Positions 28,755 through 38,643 of a DNA stretch of 64,000 nt are shown one piece after another. This DNA comes from Parcubacteria group bacterium (GTDB taxonomy: Bacteria; Patescibacteriota; Minisyncoccia; Moranbacterales; GCA-2747515): NCBI GenBank assembly GCA_041660065.1, contig JBAZXC010000003.1, positions 1,495 through 65,494 of the forward strand, read 5' to 3'. The number at the start of each line of letters is the position of its first letter. The first letter of the stretch is position 1. The notes under the pieces are model-generated. The model did no database searches, had not been told where the DNA came from, and worked only from the letters and a program-made list of their open reading frames with translations. The position numbers and the translations under genes are program-made.

Positions 28755-29141
28755 ATGAACAGGAGTAAAGTGAACGACTCAAGGCTATGGGAAATATGGC
28801 AAAAATCGGGAGCGATTGGAACAATCAAAACCGCACGGCATCGAAAGAGAATGATTAAAGCTATTAATGACGCTCGGGGAGTGGAAATCGTCAGAGATAG
28901 TGAATCAATTCGTTTTATCGGCCATTTTGGCTTGGGAAACAAGTCTGAAATGATCTTGACGTTAGCCGATGCGACCAATCTTCTGAACTCTGGTCTATTT
29001 GAAACATCTGGAGCATATGGCAAAGTACTTATCGAGGCCAAAATGGTTCGTGCCTGGTTTAAGCCCGTTCAAGGCAATGATCTTATTTGTCTCGGGACTC
29101 GTGATTTCGTCAGCAATTTGAGACAGATTCTCTTAAATTAA
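28755..29141 (+). CDS. hypothetical protein
   Basis: GGAGG SD, ATG at 28755. Confidence 0.65.
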   Translation: MNRSKVNDSRLWEIWQKSGAIGTIKTARHRKRMIKAINDARGVEIVRDSESIRFIGHFGLGNKSEMILTLADATNLLNSGLFETSGAYGKVLIEAKMVRAWFKPVQGNDLICLGTRDFVSNLRQILLN

Positions 29142-29440
29142 GAATCACGCATGATGTGAAGTCGAGGACCGTCATTGATTGGGGTCACAACTATATAACT
29201 CCAGAAATATGGCGGCCCGTTGCAACCCAACTGGTCGCCTTTTTATTTCCCAACAGCCAACATTTCCAATGATTGCATTATTTTTTTAAGTCCAGAGTTT
29301 TGAACATATCAACCAACTGGAGCAATGACATTGACAAGGGTGTAGCATTTGTGTTACGCTCTTTTGTTGAGTTATTTCATAAAATTTTTTTCTATAGAAA
29401 GGGCTAGACGATAAACAAACTTCCAGAGGAGGAATTGATT

Positions 29441-29692
29441 ATGCCGGCACTGGTAAAAGTCATAAAAAAGAATGGTACTATGTACAAGGGTTTCCATTTT
29501 GGTAGCGAAGGAGGATTGATTTATTTGATCAATCCATGGGAATTGACAGAGGATGAAGATAATGAAAATCTCATGCCGGGCGACCATATGGAAAGCCCGG
29601 TCGGAAAAGAAATTGTTGGCACAGCGGGAGAAGAATTTAGGTTTATTCAAATCCCTGTTGTTGATATAGAAACAATTGAATCCACAGATTGA
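29441..29692 (+). CDS. hypothetical small protein
   Basis: GAGGAGG SD, upstream TTGACA, downstream hairpin. Confidence 0.65.
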   Translation: MPALVKVIKKNGTMYKGFHFGSEGGLIYLINPWELTEDEDNENLMPGDHMESPVGKEIVGTAGEEFRFIQIPVVDIETIESTD

Positions 29693-29862
29693 TTTTAAGC
29701 TCGCCACGGAAAGCTTTCCGTTTAGGTGAGCTTTCTTTTTGGCTAGGTTTTTCTATGACTGTCCTAGTAATTCATCAAGATTTTTTTAAGCATTTATTTC
29801 GGGTGTCCGAACGGGATTTAAACTGTTTTGCGCTTAATGTTTATTTATGATACTTTTTAATT

Positions 29863-31464
29863 ATGAAATACAAAAAATCAATCATTGTAATTTTATTGAT
29901 TCTAATCCTTCTTGCAAGCGCGGGATTTTTTGTAGTGTATCGCACCAAGACTCAAGTGAAAGATCTTTTCCGGATGAACAAAGAATCGCAAGAAGCAGGT
30001 TATTACATGGGTGATTTTGAATTCAAAATGATGGGGGTTTTGTATTGGCTGGATAAAGGAGAATACTATCGTGCCCTAGTGCAGCTTAACAAACTGCATA
30101 ATCAGTTCGAAACCAGAGAAGGACTAATCAAATTGCCCGAGTTTAATAATAAAGCGGAAGAAATTGAGTTTTATTTGAATTTACAAAATCCCAAGACAGG
30201 TGCTTTCATTGACGATATTTATCCGTATGCAGTTTACAATGAAGTTACAGAAAATGCGATAAACAATCTTGACGCGCTGACAAAAGAAACTGGACAGCCA
30301 CTCAAATTAAAATATCCTTTAAAATATCTCGACGAAATCAATACACCGGAAAAATTAAAAGCATTTCTCGATGATGTTGCTTATGTCAGTTGGATTTCAA
30401 CGAAGTTTCCGCAAACGTCTTATGTTTTTGCCAGAAGCATATTAAGTTATGCCAATGGCGAGGGAATGATGGAAGAAAAAGGTCTTTATAAATTTTCTGA
30501 CGAATGGAAGCAGGCCTTGCTCCAATGGTTTTATGACAATCAGGATCCGGAAACAGGATTCTGGGGACCGAGATCGAGAGCGGATCATAAATTATTAAAA
30601 AAAGATTTAACCAATACCGCTTCAGTTATTAAAGCGTTCGTTGATAAGGATGGCAATAATATTTATGAGACCTTCCCTTTACGATATGGAAGTCAAATGT
30701 TCAAGACTGCTCTTGAAGTTATGTCTGAGCCAACGCCAGATGTCGAGGATTTAGATGAATGGCACGAATGGGAATTAAAGATGGGGAAAGGCACTTATAT
30801 GATAACTAGATATATATGGCAATATGCTTCAACGGAAGACAAGGTTGAGGCCAAAAAAATACTTGAAAATCTTGTTAAAACCAACTTTGCCGAGTGTTAT
30901 GTTCCAGAGGAAGGGGCATTTAGCTATTATCCGCATGGAGAGCATGCCACTCTGGACGGCAGCGGATTTTTTTCAATCTTCAAGGATATTGGAGCATTGT
31001 CTAATGAGAAACAAAAGAAACTTTGGGGAGAACCGGAAAAAATAATAACTGATCTGGGAAATCGAAAAGTGTCGATGCTTACAGAAAAAGATTTAGATCT
31101 GATTGCAACAAAAGAAGACGTCAATTCTATTCGTATTTATAAAACTGTTGCGGATTATAATAATTTGATGTTAGGTGTTTCGGTGATTGTTTATCCTAAT
31201 GAATCATCCATTCCAGATATTATGGATCTGACTGCTAAAATGAAAACATGGCTCAACACAACTCCACAGACAATGGGAAATTGGACATCAAAAGAGGAGA
31301 TGAAGCAAGAGTTGGAGGCTGTTCAATTTGAAGAAGCTCCGGTCTATGAAAAAGAAACAGCAATTGAAAATATGAATTCAATCCTGCAGGCAAACGGAAA
31401 AGTAGTGGTCATCGGATTTGATACCTTGCAAATTCCGAGATATAAAATAGTGTTTGAGAAATAA
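29863..31464 (+). CDS. membrane-anchored protein with prenyltransferase/QW-like repeats
   Basis: N-terminal TM; LQNPKTGAF, NQDPETGFW, EEGAFSY. Confidence 0.6.
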   Translation: MKYKKSIIVILLILILLASAGFFVVYRTKTQVKDLFRMNKESQEAGYYMGDFEFKMMGVLYWLDKGEYYRALVQLNKLHNQFETREGLIKLPEFNNKAEEIEFYLNLQNPKTGAFIDDIYPYAVYNEVTENAINNLDALTKETGQPLKLKYPLKYLDEINTPEKLKAFLDDVAYVSWISTKFPQTSYVFARSILSYANGEGMMEEKGLYKFSDEWKQALLQWFYDNQDPETGFWGPRSRADHKLLKKDLTNTASVIKAFVDKDGNNIYETFPLRYGSQMFKTALEVMSEPTPDVEDLDEWHEWELKMGKGTYMITRYIWQYASTEDKVEAKKILENLVKTNFAECYVPEEGAFSYYPHGEHATLDGSGFFSIFKDIGALSNEKQKKLWGEPEKIITDLGNRKVSMLTEKDLDLIATKEDVNSIRIYKTVADYNNLMLGVSVIVYPNESSIPDIMDLTAKMKTWLNTTPQTMGNWTSKEEMKQELEAVQFEEAPVYEKETAIENMNSILQANGKVVVIGFDTLQIPRYKIVFEK

Positions 31465-31647
31465 AATTCATTCCTAATTTTGATTCCAACCGTATGAAAG
31501 GTACACCATTTGCCGAGCATGTCTGGAAACTGCCCATATGAAGGGGCAGTTTTTCTTTTTCTTATTGGGCTATTTCTAGAACCGTTCTAGCGACTCATTT
31601 TTTATATCCAAGTGGGGCGATAGAACTTTTTGTGGTAAAATATTGAT

Positions 31648-32091
31648 ATGAAAAAAATTCTTCTACAAAAATCTTGGGTTATAAATGCTCCTCGCGAAGA
31701 AGTTTATAAAATAATGAGCGATTTTGAAAATATGCCCAAATATTTTCCGAAAGTAGCTCAGTCACTGCACATCTTAAAAAGGGATGGGAATAATCTTACT
31801 ATTGAAGCTAAAGCTAAAACATTTGGACGTATTATTTCCGTGCAAATGGAAACTCAATTGCGTCCACCAAAAGGATATGTTTCAGATAATAAAAGTGGCA
31901 TTGGAACTTTTGGTTACGAAGAATTTCTTATGGAAGAAATTTCGGAAGGTACAAGAATCAACTATTCATATAATATTGAATTAAAAAATCCAATCCTTCG
32001 TATTTTGGGTGGATTCTTAATTGGATGGTATGCGATGCGTTTTTGGGAACATGCTGTTATAGACAAATTAAAAGAAATGTTAGAGAAGTAA
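31648..32091 (+). CDS. SRPBCC/polyketide cyclase family protein
   Basis: INAPREEVYKIMSDFENMPKYFP...GTRINY. Confidence 0.85.
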   Translation: MKKILLQKSWVINAPREEVYKIMSDFENMPKYFPKVAQSLHILKRDGNNLTIEAKAKTFGRIISVQMETQLRPPKGYVSDNKSGIGTFGYEEFLMEEISEGTRINYSYNIELKNPILRILGGFLIGWYAMRFWEHAVIDKLKEMLEK

Positions 32092-32160
32092 AAATTGTAA
32101 ACAGATTTTAACGGCATCCAGCGCTCGAAGCACATATAAAAAAGTATTATCGGTGATTTT

Positions 32161-32670
32161 ATGAAAGAAACAAAACTTATTGTTTTGCGCGGTCCGTCTG
32201 GCTCTGGGAAAAGCTCAATTGCAAAAGCGATTCAAACGGAGTGGCTCGATCACAATAATCCAATGGCGTACGTGGAGCAAGATTATTTCAGACGAATCGT
32301 CCTTAAGGAAAAAGATGTTGCTGGGGGTTTTAATATACAGATGATTAAAGAAACGGTGTTATTTCTTTTGCACAATCAATATGATGTCATCATGGAAGGC
32401 ATCTTTGATAAAGGGCGTTATGAAGAGATGTTCAAGGAAATTATCCGCAACCATCCATCAAATAATTTTTTCTTTTACTTTGACATCTCTTTTGAAGAAA
32501 CTCTCAGACGGCATGACACAAGACTAAATAATAATGAATTCGGCGAAAAAGAGATGCGATCATGGTACAAAAGTGAGAATTTCCTAGAGAGTATCAGAGA
32601 AAATATCATTGGAGAAAGGCATGCTTTCGACGATACGGTTAAACATATTCGAATAGTCGCTAATTTGTGA
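32161..32670 (+). CDS. P-loop kinase (AAA_33-like)
   Basis: LIVLRGPSGSGKS, QDYFRR, ETLRRH. Confidence 0.85.
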   Translation: MKETKLIVLRGPSGSGKSSIAKAIQTEWLDHNNPMAYVEQDYFRRIVLKEKDVAGGFNIQMIKETVLFLLHNQYDVIMEGIFDKGRYEEMFKEIIRNHPSNNFFFYFDISFEETLRRHDTRLNNNEFGEKEMRSWYKSENFLESIRENIIGERHAFDDTVKHIRIVANL

Positions 32671-32796
32671 AACTGCTTCTAATTCATCCAATCATGCTTG
32701 ACATTGGACATTTTTTGCGTTAGGATGGAGCGTTGTGAGGAGTATAGACAAAGTAATTTAACAAATGATCAAAATGTCAATTTGAAGGAGGAAAAC

Positions 32797-33021
32797 ATGG
32801 GCACGACAAGAGCTAGTGGGGCAGTTCTCACGGAAGAGAAAAGAGTAGGAAACCAAATTACATTCGGGCTTACGCTTCATCGTAAGAAAACCACATTTAC
32901 GATCACTTTCGATGATGTGAAGGAGGTGGAACCTGTGACCGAGCATGGTGTGAGGATACTGACCAAAGATGGCGCACCAGTATTTGTTACCTTTTCTGCA
33001 CTACAGAGCATAGTGCTCTAA
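32797..33021 (+). CDS. hypothetical small protein
   Basis: AAGGAGG SD before ATG at 32797. Confidence 0.6.
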   Translation: MGTTRASGAVLTEEKRVGNQITFGLTLHRKKTTFTITFDDVKEVEPVTEHGVRILTKDGAPVFVTFSALQSIVL

Positions 33022-33190
33022 AATCATTCAATTCAAACCGCCATAAGCCACTTAGTAACTATAATTAGTGAAAAGCGGCTTTTTTGTAAGCATATAGTTT
33101 GACAAAATATGATTTGCTTGATAATCTTTATCAAATTAGTTTATAATGGGCATTACGCCAAATTGTTACTTTGACAAAAGGAGCTGTAAG

Positions 33191-33970
33191 ATGAAAACAA
33201 GAACGAAAAGCGTGCTTCAGGTTTTGTTGTTGGTTTTGACGGTATCTTTTCTGGTAACAGGGTGCAAAGAAGAACCAAAAAAAACCGAAAAAAAAATCGG
33301 GCAAGCTGGTTCAGCTGTCCAGATGTTTTTAAGGAACATGGAGTTCAAGCGATATGAACAGATGCATGCGCAGACAGTAAATTCCAGAGAGAAGTTGATT
33401 TTTGTTCAAAGTATAACCCAAACACCTATTGTGGTGAAAAATGCTGCTGTTTTGTCAGATAGATGTTCTGATACCGACGGCGATTGTGAAGTAAATGTGT
33501 CAATGGATGTTACTGATATCACGTCGGCCTTTGCTGCATATATCGTTAATCTGAGGTTATCTAGAGACCCAGACTCTACAAGATCACCATTCTTTTTTTC
33601 TCCAAATATTTTGGGTATTGAAAAGTTTATACCCATACGGCAGACATGGAGAGTGGTCAAATTAGATGGCGCATATTTTATTGATATGGGCGCTGGTGGG
33701 GAGAAAACGGCACGGCATGAGAATATCATGAATTATGTGCTAGATGCAGGTGTTACTGAGGAAGATATCAATAAAAAAAGTGTAGACGAGAAGATAGATT
33801 CGGCTAGCATGTGGCTAATATTTCTGTCAATGGATCTAAATCTCTCTCCTGAGGAAATGAAGACCATCATACGTAACTCAGCGCCTCTTGTGGATGCATC
33901 CATAAGGAACTTGTCGTACATGGCAGAAAAAATGAAAGCAAATGGGGTCAAGTCAAAAACCGGGATATAA
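33191..33970 (+). CDS. putative lipoprotein
   Basis: Signal peptide with lipobox-like LVTGC. Confidence 0.7.
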   Translation: MKTRTKSVLQVLLLVLTVSFLVTGCKEEPKKTEKKIGQAGSAVQMFLRNMEFKRYEQMHAQTVNSREKLIFVQSITQTPIVVKNAAVLSDRCSDTDGDCEVNVSMDVTDITSAFAAYIVNLRLSRDPDSTRSPFFFSPNILGIEKFIPIRQTWRVVKLDGAYFIDMGAGGEKTARHENIMNYVLDAGVTEEDINKKSVDEKIDSASMWLIFLSMDLNLSPEEMKTIIRNSAPLVDASIRNLSYMAEKMKANGVKSKTGI

Positions 33971-34074
33971 TATCCTTGCAATCATCTGTAATCATTGCCC
34001 ACGCATCTAATGGCGTGGGTTTTTATTTTGTCTGAATAAGCAATTAAATATTTACGAGATTATTTTGTCGTGAC

Positions 34075-34102
34075 TTGACAAGGCGGTATATGCATTTATA
34101 AT
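34075..34102 (+). promoter_or_regulatory. consensus sigma-70 promoter
   Basis: TTGACA-16bp-TATAAT. Confidence 0.8.
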
Positions 34103-34109
34103 GAAAGAC

Positions 34110-34166
34110 ATGAACACGAGATTAGACAATAAATTAGTATTGATCCCCTCTCCGACGCCTAGATAG
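34110..34166 (+). CDS. proline-containing attenuator leader peptide MNTRLDNKLVLIPSPTPR
   Basis: Leaderless ATG 7 nt after the -10; CCC/CCG/CCT codons overlap attenuator segment 1. Confidence 0.65.
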   Translation: MNTRLDNKLVLIPSPTPR

Positions 34167-34236
34167 CAGTCGGGGTGTCTTATGTTTCTTAATGATATGC
34201 ATTCAGCGGCCCCGACCAAGAGGGGTTTTTGTTTTT
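34145..34236 (+). promoter_or_regulatory. transcription attenuator (alternative 1:2, 2:3, 3:4 pairings)
   Basis: CTCCGAC : GTCGGGG : GCCCCGAC; terminator GGCCCC..GGGGTT plus U-tract. Confidence 0.7.
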
Positions 34237-34276
34237 CTCAATAATCCTGGAGCTGAATGCCTTAATTAAAAAATAT

Positions 34277-35305
34277 ATGAAAGTTATCACTGAAGAAGTC
34301 TTGGTAAAACTAATCAAGATCCATGGCTTTGAAAATTTTTTGAAGGATTTCATGTTGGTGCTAAAAAATGATTTTAGTCGTTGGAATGAATTTAATTTAA
34401 TTCCTCGTCCTGCCATGCATGTGCGTGACGGCGTACTTGAATTGATGCCAATTTGCGATAAGGACATCTTTGCCTTCAAGTATGTAAATTGCCATCCTAA
34501 AAATACAGCAAACGGCATGATGACTGTGGTGGCAACTGGTCAACTTTCGCGTGTGGATTCGGGCTATCCTTTGCTGTTTTCTGAGATGACATTATTGACT
34601 GCCTTGCGTACTGCCGCAACGACCGCTATAGCCACTGATCTATTGTCCCGAAAGGACAGTCAAATTCTCGGGATCATTGGAACAGGCGCGCAAAGCGAGT
34701 TTTTGACAAATGCATTGCGATTGATACGCGATATCAAGGAAGTGAGATATTTTGATATCGATTCTCTGGCAATGGATAAGTTTGAAAGTAATTTCAAAAA
34801 TAGCAATCTAAAGCTGGTGCGATGCAACAATGGCAAAGAGACTGTCAAAGGAGCAGATGTAATCACAACGTGTACCGCTTGTCGAGCGCACGTGGATGTA
34901 CTCAAAAATGATTGGATCAATGCCGGCGTACACATCAACGGAATTGGCGGGGACTCCGAAGGCAAAACGGAATTGGAATTTGGCATACTTTCTCGTGGAC
35001 GTATCGTTGTGGAGTATTTGGATCAATGCATGACCGAAGGTGAGATCCAACGCTTTGATCGTCAGGAAGCCAAAAAACATGTACATGCCGAGCTTCACGA
35101 ACTTATTACCGGGGAAAAAATAGGACGAGAAAGCGATGAGCAAATCACGATTTATGATTCTGTCGGGATCGCTCTTGAGGATTATTCTGTTTTGCGGTTT
35201 ACCTATGATCTGGCAAATCGGTATGGTCTGGGACAGGAATTGAATTTTACGCCTGTCTTGGACAATACGAAAAATTTGATTGCAATGGTCACTGAAAAAA
35301 AGTAA
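34277..35305 (+). CDS. ocd: ornithine cyclodeaminase
   Basis: GVLELMP, FKYVN.HP.N, EMTLLTALRTAA, IGTGAQSEF, GGDS.GKTEL, DSVG.ALED. Confidence 0.9.
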   Translation: MKVITEEVLVKLIKIHGFENFLKDFMLVLKNDFSRWNEFNLIPRPAMHVRDGVLELMPICDKDIFAFKYVNCHPKNTANGMMTVVATGQLSRVDSGYPLLFSEMTLLTALRTAATTAIATDLLSRKDSQILGIIGTGAQSEFLTNALRLIRDIKEVRYFDIDSLAMDKFESNFKNSNLKLVRCNNGKETVKGADVITTCTACRAHVDVLKNDWINAGVHINGIGGDSEGKTELEFGILSRGRIVVEYLDQCMTEGEIQRFDRQEAKKHVHAELHELITGEKIGRESDEQITIYDSVGIALEDYSVLRFTYDLANRYGLGQELNFTPVLDNTKNLIAMVTEKK

Positions 35306-35414
35306 AACAATGATCTGTGATCATAGGCACAAAACAATCCCAAAAAAGCAGGCTCTATACGAGTCTGCTTTTTGTATCCGAGGAAAACACCGGAAATTGT
35401 GATACAGTATAGAT

Positions 35415-36503
35415 ATGGAGGAAAAAATGATAAAAATTGAAGATTTAGGGTGGAATGGATCTTTTGATGCTGATCGAAAAAAGTTCGGATCAGATGGTTT
35501 TTCGGTTGCGCGGGTAATTGCCGAATATAAAGGAGCGTATAAGGTCAAAAATACCAAAGGTGAATATCTGGCGAGGATAACTGGAAAGCAGATGCGTGAT
35601 GCGATATCCAGAGAAGATTATCCGGCAGTCGGTGATTGGGTAATGATCGCTGATGCTGATCAAAAGCAGGTGACGATCCATGCGGTGTTGCCGAGAAAAA
35701 CGGTAATGAAAAGAAGATATAGTGGCAAGGATGAAACGCAGATCATTGCCACAAATATCGATGTGGCTTTTGTCATCGAATCATTGGATCGGGATTATAA
35801 TCTCAATCGCATGGAAAGATATTTCGCCATTGCCAGAGACGGTGGCATCCAGCCAGCTGTTATTCTCAATAAGATCGATCTGATATCTCAGGAAGAGTTG
35901 GATTTGAAATTGGTCGAAATAAAAAACAGGTTGGGCGAAGTTGATGTGATCCCGACCAGTACGCGTAGCGAAGAGGGATTGGAAAAACTCAAAAAATATA
36001 TTGCGCCAGGTAAGACGTATTGTTTTCTCGGTTCATCGGGCGTGGGAAAATCATCTCTCATCAACAAATTGCTCGGTGCAGAATGCATCAAAACGGAAAA
36101 TATCGGAGCGCGTTCCGGGCGAGGTAAACACGTGACGACAACGCGGGAAATGTATTTTTTGGCTGAAGGTGGCATCGTGATCGACAATCCTGGCGTGCGG
36201 GAAGTGGGGATGACAGATACGAGTAGTGGTATCGACAATCTATTTGATGAAATAACTGCGCTTGCTGTAGGTTGCAGATATGTCGATTGTACGCACACGC
36301 ATGAACCCGGATGTGCAGTCCTCGTTGCGTTAAAAGAGGGCAAATTGGACGAGAATCAATACACCAATTACGTCAATCTCAAAAAAGAAGCAAAACATTA
36401 TACAATGACAAAAATTCAAAAGAAAGAAAAGAAGCGTCAGTTTGGGAAGTTTGTCAAAAAAGCAAAAAAGGGATTAAAGAATTTTGGGCATAAGGATTAC
36501 TGA
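35415..36503 (+). CDS. rsgA: ribosome small subunit-dependent GTPase A
   Basis: PAVGDWV, NKID, GSSGVGKS, GKHVTT, DNPG, C.YVDC.H.HEPGC. Confidence 0.93.
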   Translation: MEEKMIKIEDLGWNGSFDADRKKFGSDGFSVARVIAEYKGAYKVKNTKGEYLARITGKQMRDAISREDYPAVGDWVMIADADQKQVTIHAVLPRKTVMKRRYSGKDETQIIATNIDVAFVIESLDRDYNLNRMERYFAIARDGGIQPAVILNKIDLISQEELDLKLVEIKNRLGEVDVIPTSTRSEEGLEKLKKYIAPGKTYCFLGSSGVGKSSLINKLLGAECIKTENIGARSGRGKHVTTTREMYFLAEGGIVIDNPGVREVGMTDTSSGIDNLFDEITALAVGCRYVDCTHTHEPGCAVLVALKEGKLDENQYTNYVNLKKEAKHYTMTKIQKKEKKRQFGKFVKKAKKGLKNFGHKDY

Positions 36504-36571
36504 TCTATTCGCGTTTTGTTTTGATCATGTATGGAGTAATAAAGCAGAGTTTTCCAATATAATAAAGTATT

Positions 36572-38362
36572 ATGAAAAAAGTTTTTCTGAAAATAGTGGG
36601 CGGCTCTGTCATTATTTTTGTGCTTTTTGCTGTCGGAGTGGCCTATTATATCACAAGAACTCCGGAATATTCTCTTTATAAGTTGCGAGAGGCGATCATC
36701 ACTGATAGTGCTGATGTTAAAAAATATCTTGATAGTGAAAGTGTTGCAGAGAGTCTCGGAGAATCACCGGCACAATTGCAAGAATGGATCGATAGTCTGA
36801 ATACTTCCATAGTGGAAATCAAAGAAGAAAACCGTGATAAAAGTAAAGACGCCAGTGCATATGTCGATACGGAACTTTCCGGAAAAAATGTAAAGAATGC
36901 ATCTGTATCATTTACGGATAGAGATGAAGTAGTAATTTCTTTGACATTTGACGATGTCGGCACAAGGATCTTTGCGGATATTACCAAAAGGAATATTGGC
37001 AAAGAAATAGCTGTTTTTTTAAGAGGTAATTTGTCAAATGTTTTAATTATCCAGAATGAAATAACCAATGGTGAGATGGCAATTTCAGGAAAAGATACGG
37101 AGCATGCCATGTCTCTGGTTGATGCAATCAACAAGGAAAAAAGGAGTCGACTTGATGGTTTTGAGATTAGGCAGAGTGACATTAGAGGGAATTTTGCCGA
37201 GATATCAATAGGGGAAAAGAACAGTAAAAATAGTCTGAAAATACACATGATCAAAATGGATGGTGGATATTGGAAGGTAGATAAGATTGATACAATGATC
37301 AATGAAAATGATGAGGCCAAGCTCCCCAGTCCGGAAGGAGAAAAAGAGGTGACATTCAATTGGAAATATAAAGGAAAAAACTATTCTTTGGATGAAAAGC
37401 TATATGACTCATATTATACATTTTATGAGTCGCTTCCTGCACAAAATATTTTTAACGGAGAGTCTCTTGTTGGAGAGTTGGAAAAGAAGAACGAACTATT
37501 TGTGACGGAAAATACGAGAGATAAAACCATCGGTGATCTGGCGCAAGCAATCAAATCACTGGGAGAGAAGAACGATCTCAATGAAGACCAGATCGTGGAG
37601 CTGGTGGCGTCATTCGTTCAAACAATTCCGTATGATGACAATGAATATAATAACAGGGAAACAGTGGTGCCTAAAGAGGATTATCCATATGAGGTATTAT
37701 ATAAAAACAAGGGAATTTGTTCTGATAAAAGTTATCTGGCATACTCTTTGCTCAGAGATTTGGGATATGGCGTTGCTCTTTTTATCTTTCCGGAAGATCA
37801 GCATATGGCGATAGGGGTGGCTTGTCCTCGTGAATATTCCAATTATGATTCAGGGTATTGTTTTCTTGAAACCACGAGCATGGGAAACAAAATTGGATCT
37901 GCTCCAAGTATTATGGAAAAATCACGCATTGCTTCTTCGAAAACAGAGCTCAATGATTTTGGCGTCGATTCTTCGGAAGATCAATCCCATCCTCTGGGGG
38001 AAATTGAGATTTTAAACAAAATTAATGGACGGGTCTACACCGGAATAATTGAAACCATCAATACCCAAAAGGAAATTGAGAGTCTTCTTTCTGCTGTGAG
38101 AAAAATGGATGGTGAATTAAATGTTTTGAGAAAAGATTTGAATGATCAAAATGAAGAAATTGGTAAGATGGTAGACAAGCTTAATAAATTGGCAAAAAGC
38201 AGTGACAATAGTGCTTATGATGATTATAAAAAACTATATGCGAAATACAAAAATGCCGTTGCTAATTTTGAAGAAGACAGAAAGGTGTTTAATGCGAAAG
38301 TTGACGTGCGTAATCAATTAAACGCAAAGCACAAAAAAATTGTGGAGAGCTTCTATCAATAA
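36572..38362 (+). CDS. membrane-anchored protein with SecD P1-head-like and transglutaminase-like domains
   Basis: N-term TM; LSGKNVKNA...F.D.G...FADIT.RNIGK.IAVFL; GICSDKS...HMAIGV...FLETT; C-terminal coiled coil. Confidence 0.7.
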   Translation: MKKVFLKIVGGSVIIFVLFAVGVAYYITRTPEYSLYKLREAIITDSADVKKYLDSESVAESLGESPAQLQEWIDSLNTSIVEIKEENRDKSKDASAYVDTELSGKNVKNASVSFTDRDEVVISLTFDDVGTRIFADITKRNIGKEIAVFLRGNLSNVLIIQNEITNGEMAISGKDTEHAMSLVDAINKEKRSRLDGFEIRQSDIRGNFAEISIGEKNSKNSLKIHMIKMDGGYWKVDKIDTMINENDEAKLPSPEGEKEVTFNWKYKGKNYSLDEKLYDSYYTFYESLPAQNIFNGESLVGELEKKNELFVTENTRDKTIGDLAQAIKSLGEKNDLNEDQIVELVASFVQTIPYDDNEYNNRETVVPKEDYPYEVLYKNKGICSDKSYLAYSLLRDLGYGVALFIFPEDQHMAIGVACPREYSNYDSGYCFLETTSMGNKIGSAPSIMEKSRIASSKTELNDFGVDSSEDQSHPLGEIEILNKINGRVYTGIIETINTQKEIESLLSAVRKMDGELNVLRKDLNDQNEEIGKMVDKLNKLAKSSDNSAYDDYKKLYAKYKNAVANFEEDRKVFNAKVDVRNQLNAKHKKIVESFYQ

Positions 38363-38643
38363 GTCTATAGAGCTTTGCCTATTGGTTACATACGAGTAGG
38401 GGTAAGTGAAATGTGAATATTTTTTTGATGGTCGCTGTTATCACAGGGCGACACAATTTATCTGCTGGATGCATATGTTATGTGGTTATATATTATCTGA
38501 TGCTAGCCATAGTACTATTTATAACCAAATGGATAATCAGAATCCGATAATGCCATTGTTACTTGATGTAAATTAGACTATGCTTTATAGTAAGGAAGAA
38601 ATTGTTCTTTGATCTGTCAACCAAAAAAATGGAGGGATAGTTC

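Noticed and set aside
29798-29826. tRNA-like reverse-complement fragment GGGTGTCCGAACGGGATTTAAAC as another att scar
   Set aside because: Too degenerate, and there is no matching tRNA or partner site in the window.
34103-34236. T-box or metabolite riboswitch upstream of ocd
   Set aside because: No T-box UGGNACC antiterminator bulge or specifier stem; the uORF plus 1:2/2:3/3:4 pairing explains the region.
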